Below, piece by piece: positions 22,156-33,520 of a DNA stretch of 64,000 bases. Origin of the DNA: Octopus vulgaris (taxonomy: Eukaryota); contig OX597821.1 of NCBI GenBank assembly GCA_951406725.2, positions 86,738,001 to 86,802,000 on the forward strand. Reading direction: 5' to 3'. Each line of letters starts with the position of its first letter. Position 1 is the stretch's first letter. Both the position numbers and the translations under genes were made by a program. The notes under the pieces were generated by a model. The model saw only the letters and a list, made by a program, of their open reading frames with translations, did not search any database and was not told the origin of the DNA.

Positions 22156-22177
22156 TTATGAATTCTATCTTTGTTTT

Positions 22178-22440
22178 TCATCATCATCATCATCATTATC
22201 ATCGTTTAACGTCCGCTTCCCATGCTAGCATGGGTTGGACGGTTCAACTGGGGTCTGGGAAGCCCGAAGGCTGCACCAGGCCAGTCAGATCTGGCAGTGT
22301 TTCTACAGCTGGATGCCCTTCCTAACGCCAACCACTCCGAGAGTGTAGTGGGTGATTTTATGTGCCACCGACACAGGTGCCAGACGAGGCTGGCGAACGG
22401 CCACGCTCGGATGGTGTTTTTTTATGTGCCACCGACACAT
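22178..22440 (-). mobile_element. Family-D 3' fragment
   Basis: (CAT)n-CGTTTAACGTCCGCTTCCCATGCTAGCATGGGTTGGACGG. Confidence 0.85.
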
Positions 22441-23365
22441 GTTATATATAAATTTTTAACTAGAAAATAACTTCATCTTATCAGACCTGCTACATTGGTT
22501 AAGAAAACTTAAGTCTGTAAATATATGTTAAGGCCATCTCTACAGATTTTCTGTAGAAATTAAAGCCAACACCAGGAAATTTTTAGCCATTGTTTCAATA
22601 ATGTGTAAAAGGAAACAAACATATAAAAAGAAAATTTATACATAAGCTTGATTCGTTTGTGTTTTAGCCACTGCCTGGAAGTGTGTTTGATTTGTTCACT
22701 GAATACCACAGTGAATTCCCCCTTGTTTTTCAAAAATCTCCCCTTAATCACAAAATAAGGGGGTAAAATCTGTCCTATTTTTCAAATCCTGGCAGCAAAA
22801 CTGTAGCTGGAAGCAGGATAATAATCTAATTCTACACTTTATCACATTTAAGAATAATAAACAAGTTTTTAAGCACAACATACGCAGAGTCAAAAAGGAA
22901 CGCTACTTTTCACCAGCACACCAGGGGCAGCACTGTGTGAACCATAGTGCTCCCTCTCCCTAGTGTGCAGCTTCTTATCTCGGACGAGTGCACATGCACA
23001 CAACAGCCAAGCACCGCATTGCTGGAACTGTGAAGTGCACAGTTCCATAGAAGAATTTTTGTATTTTTTTCATAAACTAGGGGATGGCTACTGACATTAA
23101 GCTTAAGGATTATATAATGTACAACTATAAGGAAAGAATTAAAGAAAAAATGATATCAATAATATTGAGTGGAAATAGGGGGTTCTGCAGTGCCTACACA
23201 TGAGCCGCCACTGGCCAACACTGATTTTGTAGAACACAGTATTGGCTTATAAAAATGTTTAATATACTTTGTCATATATTATGGTTGCATAATGAAATAT
23301 GGTTCTATACCTTAATGACCTGTAGGGTCATTAAGATATAGAACAATATGACCGAAAGAAACAGT

Positions 23366-23591
23366 TTAACCCTTTAGCATGTAAACTGACTGTATCTGGA
23401 CAAAATATTCTACCTGTTTTATATTCAGACTGGCCAGATCTGGACTCTCACCAATCCTACAATATCACTCTAAAAATTAACAGTTATTTCATCAAAATCT
23501 CAAAGCTACAAGATAACACATGATTAGTTCAAATCAATATGAATAAATAAGCATTTCATTTGTCTGAGTAATGTGAATGCTAAAGGGTTAA
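23366..23591. mobile_element. piggyBac-like MITE
   Basis: TTAA-CCCTTTAGCAT...ATGCTAAAGGG-TTAA: 11-bp TIRs starting CCC with TTAA target duplication. A possible truncated relative starts at 16193. Confidence 0.8.
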
Positions 23592-23961
23592 TGATTAAGG
23601 AATAACAAAGACATCTGATATGTTTTAGATGTGGTGTTTTTAATATTTCCATTTCTTTGATTTTGCATTAACAATACAGGTCAAGTGAAATAGTTTCAAC
23701 TGGTAAAGGAAGCTGTGACATGGACACAGTTCATTTTATATTGCAATCGATTCATATATTGGGTTATCACATAAATAATGCAGTTTTTTCATACAACTTT
23801 TATTTTACAAAATTAAGATAAACAAGTTTCTTTTGTAATCTAAAATGTCCTCTCCTTCATCTTCTACAGTGCTCTTCCATCTATCTTGTAGACTTGCAAG
23901 GCCCCTCTTCCCAAATTCACTTGTCCGTAATGAAAAATACTCCTCCAGTGCTATTCTGACC

Positions 23962-24370
23962 TTTTTTTATTTTTTTTACTTGTTTCAGTAATTTGACTGC
24001 GGCCATGCTGGAGCACCGCCTTTAGTCGAGCAAATCGACCCCCGGGACTTATTCTTTGTAAGCCCAGTACTTATTCTATCGGTCTCTTTTGCCGAACCGC
24101 TAAGTGACGGGAATGTAAACACACCAGCATCGGTTGTCAAGCAATGCTAGGGGGACAAACACAGACACACAAACACACACACATATATATATATATACAT
24201 ATATATACGACAGGCTTCTTTCAGTTTCCGTCTACCAAATCCACTCACAAGGCTTTGGTCGGCCCGAGACTATAGCAGAAGACACTTGCCCAAGATGCCA
24301 CGCAGTGGGACTGAACCCGGAACCATGTGGTCGGTTAGCAAGCTACTTACCACACAGCCACTCCTGCGCC
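23962..24370 (-). mobile_element. SINE family A nested in the mariner
   Basis: Full-length copy interrupting the transposase C-terminus. Confidence 0.92.
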
Positions 24371-24917
24371 TTGTCTACAGAATTCATATTTTTTCGGTCC
24401 AAATGATTTTGAAGACTGCAGAATAAATGATAATCTGTCCGGTGAATATGGTGGATGGGGCATCGTTTCCTTTTCCCACTGCTCTAGCCTTTGGAATGTC
24501 ATCCTTGTTGTATGTGACCAAGTATTATCCCAATGGAAGAACAACTTTTGTCTTGAAACCAAAGATGATCCTTTTTCTTCTAGCACTAACCTGAACGACT
24601 GGTTGAATGACCAAACCCAAGTTTCTCTGCTAGTTCCTCAGCAGTTACAATGGAATTGTGTTCCACCAAAGTTTGCAGGACATTCTCGTCGAGCTCTACA
24701 GGTTTTCCAGGATGAGGCTCATCTTCTAGGCTGTAGCTTCCAGCTCAAAATTTCTGGTACCACTGTTGACACTGGCTTACACTTATTGTCAGATCCCCAT
24801 ATACTGCATTAATATTCCTCCACTTTCCGTTGCATTGTTGCCTTTATTGAACTCATAAAACAAAATATGTCAAACATGCTCCATTGTCACTTCCATTATA
24901 GCTTTGAAAAAATAGCT

Positions 24918-25140
24918 GCTTTCTTCCAAGGAATCTAATGCTCTTAGCTTAGTTTTTCCTTGGAGCTGGCCAGATTGGAGCAATTTCAAGTATAATCAGC
25001 CGAAATTGTGAAGATAATCTGGAACTCGACTGAGGAAAGAAAACTTCGAATGACCCGTCCTTCTTTTCTTTGTATCGTCTATCTGGATGTTTTGTTGTCC
25101 CATTTTTGTATCACTTAATTTTCCGGATGTTTTGTATCCC
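24918..25140. mobile_element. Partial copy of the 1840-2162 element nested in the mariner
   Basis: Nearly identical to about 26008-26228. Confidence 0.8.
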
Positions 25141-25454
25141 TGCTGTTAAAACGGAACTGCACTCATCAAAACTTGCACTAAGAATAAATACAAAGTAAAA
25201 TTACTACTGGCTTTTATAGCAAGTTGATGTAAGTAGCTTATCCCATTCCCCTTTGACTTTTAGTTCATGCAACTGAAAAAACTATATTATTTATGTGATG
25301 ACTCAGTACAATATTGGCATTGGTTACATGTGTCCAACAGATCAATCTTTGCTAAGTTTCTGATTGCAACACTGACAAAGGAAATATCTATAATTCAGTG
25401 CTGGAAAATATCGAAAGGACTTCATTCAAAGAGCACTGATGAAATATATATGTC

Positions 25455-25590
25455 TGTGCGCGTGTGTGCGTGTGTGTGCGTGCGTGTGTGTGCGTGCATG
25501 CATGTGTGTGTGTGTGAGTGTGTGTGTATGTGTGTGTGTGTGTGTGTATGCGCGTGTGTGTGTGTGTGTGTGTGTGAGTGTGTGTGTGTA
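25455..25590. repeat. (GT)n-like microsatellite
   Basis: Direct reading. Confidence 0.95.
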
Positions 25591-25894
25591 TACACATGAT
25601 GAGATACCAAATTTTACAGCCACCAAATTATGCTTACAAGGTACTGAAAACCTGAGTTAATTCGGTAGAAGGCACATTTGCCTGAGGTTTCAACCTGTAG
25701 GATTGAACCAAGAATTTCATGGCTGGAAAGCAAAATTCTTAACCATCTAGCCACACTGGGCCAGGTAGACTGCATGCAAAAGTGGCACTGCAATTTCACT
25801 GTGGGTATGAAGTCCGTGCAACATCGATATTCCTCCCTGTGTTTGTGAAATCTTGTATCCCTGCCGTAAATGCTTCATTTCCACACACACCAGC

Positions 25895-26250
25895 TTAATT
25901 TAATTCACCCTTAGTCGAAAGACACCTGTTGTTATGTCCTGTTATTATTTTCATTATATTTGTGTAACATTCTCCGTTTTTTTTCCATCCTTGTTTTTGT
26001 ATACATTTGCTGCTTTCTTCCAAGGAATCTAATGCTCTTAGCTTAGTTTTTCCTTGGGGCTGGCCAGATTGGGGCAATCTCAAGTATAATCAGCCGAAAT
26101 TGTGAAGATAATCTGGAACTCGACTGAGGAAAGAAAACTTCGAATGACCCGTCCTTCTTTTCTTTGTATCGTCTATCTGGATGTTTTGTTGTTCCATTTT
26201 TGTATCACTTAACTCTCCGGATGTTTTGCGTTCTTGTCCCATTTCGTACT
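25895..26250. mobile_element. Longer copy of the 1840-2162 element ending at (TA)n
   Basis: Reverse-complement similarity; gives the same pseudo-ORF [18 protein letters not shown]. Confidence 0.8.
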
Positions 26251-26587
26251 TTATATATATATATATATATATATATGATCAACTAGAAATAAACTACTCC
26301 TTTATACTCAGCCCTGTTGAAGCAGATCTGTGATTATACACACCTCACCCAACCATCCATCTTTTCATTTGCATTTATCTTAATTTAAGACGGTAGAATG
26401 TAATTTGGCTGCTATTTCTAGTTGATCAAACTATAACATAAAGGCTTGCTTGTTGGTAGGTTAGTGCTTTGTTGAGGGACGGACGTAAAGTCTGCCTTAT
26501 GGAATTTTCTGAACATGGAAGGAATGCAAGCATAAGAAAATTAGTTACATTTTGAAGTGTGGATTAAAGGATAAGTATTATAATATG

Positions 26588-26955
26588 TGAAGGCGCAATG
26601 GCCCAGTGGTTAGGACAGCGGACTCACGGTCGTAGGACCGCGGTTTCGATTCCCAGACCGGGCGTTGTGAGTGTTTATTGAGCGAAAACACCTAAAGCTT
26701 CACAAGGCTCCTGCAGGGGGTGGTGGTGATCCCTGCTGTACTCTTTCACCACAACTTTCTCTCACTCTTACTTCCTGTTTCTGTTGTACCTGCATTTCAA
26801 AGGGCCGGCCTTGTCACTCTCTGTGTCACGCTGAATATCCCCGAGAACTACGTTAAGGGTACGCGTGTCTGTGGAGTGCTCAGACGTTAATTTCACGAGC
26901 AGGCTGTTCCGTTGATCGGATCAACCGGAACCCTCGTCGTCGTAATCATTCCATT
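26588..26955 (+). mobile_element. SINE family C
   Basis: Colinear with the reverse complement of 9146-9528. Confidence 0.88.
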
Positions 26956-27154
26956 ATAATATATAGGACAGAGAATAGTATACACTTTGTATTCGATTAT
27001 TAATCCCACAACACTCAGACGTGTGCGTGTCTTGCATTCCTTCTGAATTTTGTATGGTAAAATAACAATTATGTATTAAGGGAGAGAACTGTGCACTGGC
27101 TTATTTGTCACTTCTACAAACATGCATGCTCTCGACAGAAGAATTAATAAACCT

Positions 27155-27365
27155 TTCTACTATAGGCACGAGGCCGGAAATTTTGGAGGAGGGGACCAGT
27201 CGATTACCTCGATTTCAGTGCGTAACTGGTACTTAAATTATCGACCCCGAAAGGATGAAAGGCACAGTCGACCCCGGCGGAATTTGAACTCAGAACGTAG
27301 AACGTAGCGACGAGCGAAATAAGTATTTCGTCTAGTGTGCTAACGATTCTGCCAGCTTGCCGCCT
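27155..27365 (-). mobile_element. SINE family B
   Basis: TCGACCCCGAAAGGATGAAAGGC..CTGCCAGCTTGCCGCC. Confidence 0.85.
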
Positions 27366-27920
27366 TGACCGACAGATTAATAATAATGATAAAAAAAAAA
27401 ATTTTTGTTGAATTGATGTTCTTTCTTTCTTTCTTTCTTTCTTTAACTGATTGGAAGTGTTATCATGTACATTGTTTTGTCTTGGTATAAAAGATGGGCT
27501 ACAGCAAATATTCTGCTCAATACCACAGATTTGCTTGTCTGTTGTTTGACCATAACCAGTTGAGCATGTCCCTTTGTGGCTGACGATATGTGCATCTCTG
27601 GTCAGGAGCAGAAGTAGTGGGAAGCATCACAGCCGTGTGCTGAAAGGAATTCTTAGAGGTTTGGATAATTCACCTTTGGAAACATGAGTGGTTCGTTCAA
27701 CATCCTTAAACAATCCTTATTCAGGGACCTTTTGAGTGGGATGGGTTACTCGACCAGAAGAAAATTCTAACTGGACTCCACCTGCAAGGTCATGCACTGT
27801 TTATCTTAATATGAGATCACCATGTCGCACACATATGGTTGTGATGTATGTGCCTGGTATACCCTTATCAGACGAGTAGTCATGATGGTCATGCTAGGCT
27901 TTGCATATTTTACCCCAGTA

Positions 27921-28129
27921 TCTACTATAGGCACAAGGCCTGAAATTTTGGTGGTAGTGGGTAAGTCGATTACATTGACTCTAGTGCTCCTCTGGTACTT
28001 ATTTTACCGACCTAAAAAAGAATGAAAGGCGAAGTCACCTCAGTGGAATTTGAACTCAGGACGTAATGACGGACAAAATACTGCTAAGCATTTCATCCAA
28101 TGGGCTAAAAACTCTGCCAGCTCACTACC
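27921..28129 (-). mobile_element. SINE family B, diverged, followed by (TAA)n at 28131-28182
   Basis: Degenerate match to 27155-27365. Confidence 0.75.
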
Positions 28130-28131
28130 TA

Positions 28132-28181
<50 letters not shown>

Positions 28182-28185
<4 letters not shown>

Positions 28186-28540
28186 CTTTTACTCGTTTCA
28201 GTCATGTGACTGTGGCCATGCTGGAACACTGCCTTTAGTTGAGCAAATCGACCCCAGGACTTATTCTTTGTAAGCCTAGTACTTATTCTATCGGTCTCTT
28301 TTGCCGAACCGCTAAGTTACGTGGACGTAAACACACCAGCATTGGGACAAACACAGACACACAAACACACACACGCACATATACGATGGGCTTCTTTCAG
28401 TTTCCGTCAACCAAATCCACTCACAAGGCTTTGGTAGGCCTGAGGCTATAGTAGAAGACACTTGCCCAAGGTGCCACGCAATGAGACTGAACCCGGAACC
28501 ATATGTTTCGTAAGCAAGCTACTTACCACACAGCCACTCC
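28182..28540 (-). mobile_element. SINE family A
   Basis: Colinear with 2796-3207. Confidence 0.9.
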
Positions 28541-29256
28541 TAATTAAATGATTGGAGATTTTTTGTCAAAGAGTCATTAATAAACTACTGATTTGTCACA
28601 CTGGAACAAGGCTCGAAACATGTATAGGAAAAGAGCTGAATAAAATAATTCTAGTGCATGACTGGTACTTAATTTATTGATCCCAGAAGATGGAAGGAAT
28701 ATTTAAATCTCTGACAAATTTAAACAGTAAGGCTACCTAAAAAAAAGATGAAAGCAACAATGCAAACCTTGATTTTTTTCCTTTTGTTACAAAAGCAAAA
28801 TTAACTGAAATTCCATTATATTAAAACTTTTTCATTGGTGTGTGTGTGTGTGTGTGTGTGTGTGGAACATCTATCAGGAATTGAGAACAAATTCTCAACA
28901 GAAACACGCACAGTTGCGAAGAAAGTTAATATAACTTGTTCAATTTGTATGAAATAGCCAGCTGCTTAGATAGGAGATATAAACTATCTTGACTAGTACA
29001 GAATATAAGGATTATCAGTCACAACATAACCTGCACACAACACATAACCAAGAAATATTTTTTAAAAATGTTTCTCTAAAATTCTTCACATTCAAGGGAG
29101 GCAACACCATCCTGGCTTGGTCACTTGTGGCTTTATTTGATAATTCCTGCCTTCTGTCCCCTTTTTACTCTTTTCAACGATTTGTAGTGCACCTGAGGAT
29201 TGTACATCATAAGCTCTCATTTATTAATTATTATTATTATTATCTTTTTTTTTTAA

Positions 29257-29420
29257 GCGTAGGAGTGGCTGTGTGGTAAGTAGCATGCTTACGAACCACA
29301 TAGTTCCGATTTCAGTCCCACTGCGGGGCACCTTGGGTAAGTGTCTTCCACAATAGCAACAGGCCGACCAAAGCCTTGTGAGTGGATTTGGTAGACAGAA
29401 ACGGAAATAAGTCCGTTGTA

Positions 29421-29501
<81 letters not shown>

Positions 29502-29950
29502 ATATGTTTGTGTGTCTGTGTTTGTCCTCCCAACATCACTTGGACAACTGATGCTGGTGTGTTTACGTCCCCCGTAACTTAGCGGTTCGGCAAAAGAGAC
29601 CGACAGAATGTGTACTGGGCTTACAAGGAATAAGTCCTGTGGTCGATTTGCTCGACTAAAGGCGGTGCTCCAGCATGGCCACAGTCAAATGACTGAAACA
29701 AATAAAAACAAATAAATAAAGAAAAGGGTATTCTCTTATTCTTTTACTTGTTCCAGTCACTTGATTGTAGCCATGCTGGAGCACCGTCTTGCAGGGTTTT
29801 AGTCGAACAAATCAACACCACCAGGACTAATTTTTAAAGTCTAGTACTTAGTCTGTCAGTTCTTTTGCTGAACTACTAAGTTATGGGGATGTAAACACAC
29901 TAACACTAGTTGTTAAGCAGTGATGCGGGGCAAACACAGGCATAAAAAAC
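29257..29950. mobile_element. SINE family A (+, 29257-29720) followed by an inverted diverged 3' half (29735-29950)
   Basis: Head GGAGTGGCTGTGTGGTAAG; second piece CTTGTTCCAGTCACTTGATTGTAGCCATGCTGGAGCACC. Confidence 0.85.
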
Positions 29951-29960
29951 TCACACATAG

Positions 29961-30006
<46 letters not shown>

Positions 30007-30096
30007 TAGATGTGTTGAAACAAATGTAGTGATAAATAACAACACTCGTATCTTCCATCTTCCATCTTCCATCTCTCATTTATCACACACACATCC

Positions 30097-30149
<53 letters not shown>

Positions 30150-30171
30150 TATATACATATATATACATATA

Positions 30172-30224
<53 letters not shown>

Positions 30225-30389
30225 CATATATATGTGTGTGTATATAGAAATATATATTATATATTACTTCCGGTTTTCAGTGAAAATTTCCAAAAAACTT
30301 TTGAGTAAAATTTTCGGGTAAAATTTTCCAAAATTTTCCAAAAAAGAACTTTTCGAAAATTTTCACCAAAAATATTGCCCAAAAATTTG

Positions 30390-30618
30390 ATGCCGACTGA
30401 GATCAAAGATGATGCCGACATAGATCAAAGACGGTACCGACAGAGATCAAAGAGCGTGCCGAAAGAGATCAAAGAGGGTGCCGACAGAGATCAAGCACGG
30501 TGTCGACAGAGATCAAAGAGGGTGCCGACAGAGATCAAAGAGCGTGCCGACAGAGATCAAGCACAGTGCAGACAGAGATCAAAGAGTGTGCCGACAAAGA
30601 TGAAAGACGGTGCCGACA
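30390..30618. repeat. 21-bp minisatellite, about 11 copies (GTGCCGACAGAGATCAAAGAG)
   Basis: Direct tandem repeats; they explain the repetitive 30375 ORF. Confidence 0.92.
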
Positions 30619-30810
30619 AACCGGTTCAAACCAGATCAAACCAGTTTAAACCAGATTAAATCGGTTCAAACCGGTTCAAATGCCAGGAATATCTGGAATG
30701 TCAGGAATGTCAGGAATGTCTGGAATGTCAGGAATGTCAGAGATCAAAGACAGTGGCGACAAACCGGTTCAAACAGGATCATACCTGATCAAACTGATTC
30801 AAATGTCAGG
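30618..30810. repeat. Mixed 10-bp (AAACCGGTTC) and 9-bp (AGGAATGTC) tandem repeats
   Basis: Direct reading. Confidence 0.88.
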
Positions 30811-33520
30811 AATGTTGAACATTACAGAGAGGGGGATTTGAGAAATGAAAGGGTGGAAGGGGAGGAAGGAATGTTGAACATTCCAGAGAGGGGGATTTGA
30901 GAAATGAAAGGGAGGAATGGGAGGAAGGAATGTTGAACATTCCAGACAGGGGGATTTGAGAAGTGAAGGGGAGGAAGGGGTGGAAGGAATGTTGAACATT
31001 CCAGACAGGGGGATTTAAGAAATGAAGGGGAGGAAGGGTAGGATGGAATGTTGAACATTCCAGAGAGGGTGATTTGAGAAGTGAAGGAGAGGAAGGAATG
31101 TTGATCATTCCAGAGAGGGGGATTTGAGAAGTGAAGTGTAGGAATGGGAGGAAGGAATGTTGAACATTCCAGAGAGGGGAATTTGAGAAATGAAGGGGAG
31201 GAAGGGGAGGAAACAATGTTGAACATTCCAAGAAGGGGATTTGAAAAATGAAGGGGAGGAAGGGGAGAAAGGAATGTTGAACATTCCAGAGAGGGGTATT
31301 TGAGAAATGAAGGGGAGGAAGGGGAGGAAGGAATGTTGAGAAATGAAGGGGATAAAGGAATGTTGAACATTCCAGAGAGGGGGATTTGAGAAATGAAAGG
31401 GAGGAAGTGGAAGAAGGAATGCTGAACATTCCAGAGAGGGGGATTTTAGAAATAAAAGGGAGGAAGGGGAGAAAGGAATATTGAACATTCCAGAGAGGGG
31501 GATTTGAGAAGTGAAGGGGAGGAAGGGGAAGTAGGAATATAGAACATTCTAGAGAGGGGTATTTGAGAAATAAAGGGGAGGAAGGAATGTTGAACATTCC
31601 AGACAGGGGGATTTCAGAAGTGAAGGGGAGGAAGGGGAGGAAGGAATATAGAACATTCTAGAGAGGGGTATTTGAGAAATGAAGGGGAGGAAGGGGAAGA
31701 AGGAATGTCGAACATTCCAGAGAGGGGGATTTGAGAAGTGAAGGGGAGGAAGGGGAGGAATGAATGTTAAACATTCCAGAGAGGGGGATTTGAGAAATAA
31801 AGGGTTGGAATGAATGTTGAACATTCCACAGAGGGGGATTTGAGAAGCGGAGGGAGGAAAGGGAGGAAGGAAAATCGAACATTCCATAGAGGGGGATTTG
31901 AGATGTAAAGGGGAGGAAGGGGAGGAAAGAATGTTGTACATTCCAGAGAGGGGGATTTGAGAAATAAAGCGGAGGAAGGGGAGGAAGAATATCGAACATT
32001 CCAGAGAGGGGGATTTGAGAAGTGAAGGGGAGGAAGGGAGGAATGAATGTTGAACATTCCAGAGAGAAGGATTGGAGAAGTGAAGAGGAAGAAGGGGAGG
32101 AAGGAATGTTGAGCATTCCAGAGAGGGGGATTGGAGAAGTGAAGAGGAAGAAGGGGAGGAAGGAATGTTGAACATTCCAGAGAGGGGGATTTGAGAAATG
32201 AAATGGAGGAATGGGAGGAAGGAATGTTGAACATTCCAGAGAGGGGGATTTGAGAAATGAAATGGAGGAAGGTGAGGAAGGAATGTTGAACATTCCAGAG
32301 AGGGGGATTTGAGAAATGAAAGGGAGGACGGGGAGGAAAGAATGTTGAACATTCCAGAGAGCGGTATTTGAGAAATGAAAGGGAGGAAGGAATGTTGAAC
32401 ATTCCAGAGAGGGGTATTTGAGAAAAGAAAGGGGGCAAGGGGAGGAAGGAATGTTGAACATTCCAGAGAGGGATTTAAGAAATGAAGGGGAGGAATGGGA
32501 GGAAGGAATGTTGAACATTCCAGAGAGGGGGATATGAGAAATGAAGGAAAGGAAGGGGAGGAATGAATATTGATCATTTGAGAAATGAAAGGGAGGAAGG
32601 GGAAGTAGGAATGTTGAACATTCCAGAGAAAGGGATTTGAGAAGTGAAAGGAGGAAGGGGAAGAAGGAATGTTGAACATTCCAGAGAGGGGGATTTGAGA
32701 AATGAAGGGGAGGAAGGAATGTTTAACATTCCAGAGAGGGGGATTTGAGATATGAAAGGGAGGAAGAGGAGGAAAGAATGCTGAACATTCCAGAGAGGCG
32801 ATTTGAGAAATGAAGGGGAGGAAGGAATGTTGAACATTCTAGAGAGGGGTATTTGAGAAATGAAGGGGAGGAAGGGGAAGAAGGAATGTTCGAACATTCC
32901 AGAGAGGGGGATTTGAGAAGTGAAGGGGAGGAAGGGGAGGAATGAATGTTAAACATTCCAGAGAGGGGTATTTGAGAAATGAAGGGGAGGAAGAGGAGGA
33001 AAGAATGTTGAACGTTCCAGAGAGGGGGATTTGAGAAAAAAAGGGGAGGAAGGAATGTTGAACATTCCAGAGAGGGGGATTTGAGAAAAAAAGGGGAGAA
33101 AGGGGAGGATGGAATGTTGAACATTCCAGAGAGGTGGATTTGAGAAATGAAGGGGAGGAAGAAATGTTGAACATTCCAGAGAGGGGGATTTGAGAAATGA
33201 AGGGGAGGAAGGAATGTTGAACATTCCAGAGAGGGGGATTTGAGAAATGAAGGGGAGGAAGGAATTTTGAACATTCCAGAGAGGGGGATTTGAGATATGA
33301 AAGGGAGGAAGGGGAGGAAAGAATGTTGAACATTCCAGAAAGGGGGATTTGAGAAATGGAAGGGAGGAAGGGAAAAGTAGGAATGTTGAACATTCAAGAG
33401 AGGGGGATTTGAGAAGTGAATGGTAAGAAGGAATGTTGAACATTCCAGAGGGAGGGTTTGAGAAATGAAGGGGAGGAAGGAATGTTGAACATTCCAGAGG
33501 AGGGGATTTGAGAAATGAAG
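30809..33520. repeat. 59-bp purine-rich satellite with 50-bp variants
   Basis: Unit GGAATGTTGAACATTCC-AGAGAGGGGG-ATTTGAGAAA-TGAA-(GGGGAGGAA)1-2. The pattern shifts 1 nt per 60-nt line, giving a 59-bp period. Confidence 0.96.

Larger units (their letters stand above)
23757..25308 (-). mobile_element. Internally deleted mariner transposon with both TIRs and nested insertions
   Basis: TIRs TATTGGGTTATCACATAAATAATGCAG and rc TACTGAGTCATCACATAAATAATATAG. Minus-strand pieces: HILFYEFNKGNNATES, SLEDEPHPGKP, AEELAEKLGFGHS, FHWDN, HPPYSPD. Confidence 0.88.

Noticed and set aside
30799-33443. Long Pro/Ser/Phe-rich minus-strand ORFs
   Set aside because: Overlapping frames of the pyrimidine strand of the 59-bp satellite.
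30809-33520. CRISPR-like array (palindromic repeat with regular spacing)
   Set aside because: The spacers are near-identical rather than unique, the context is eukaryotic and no cas genes are present.
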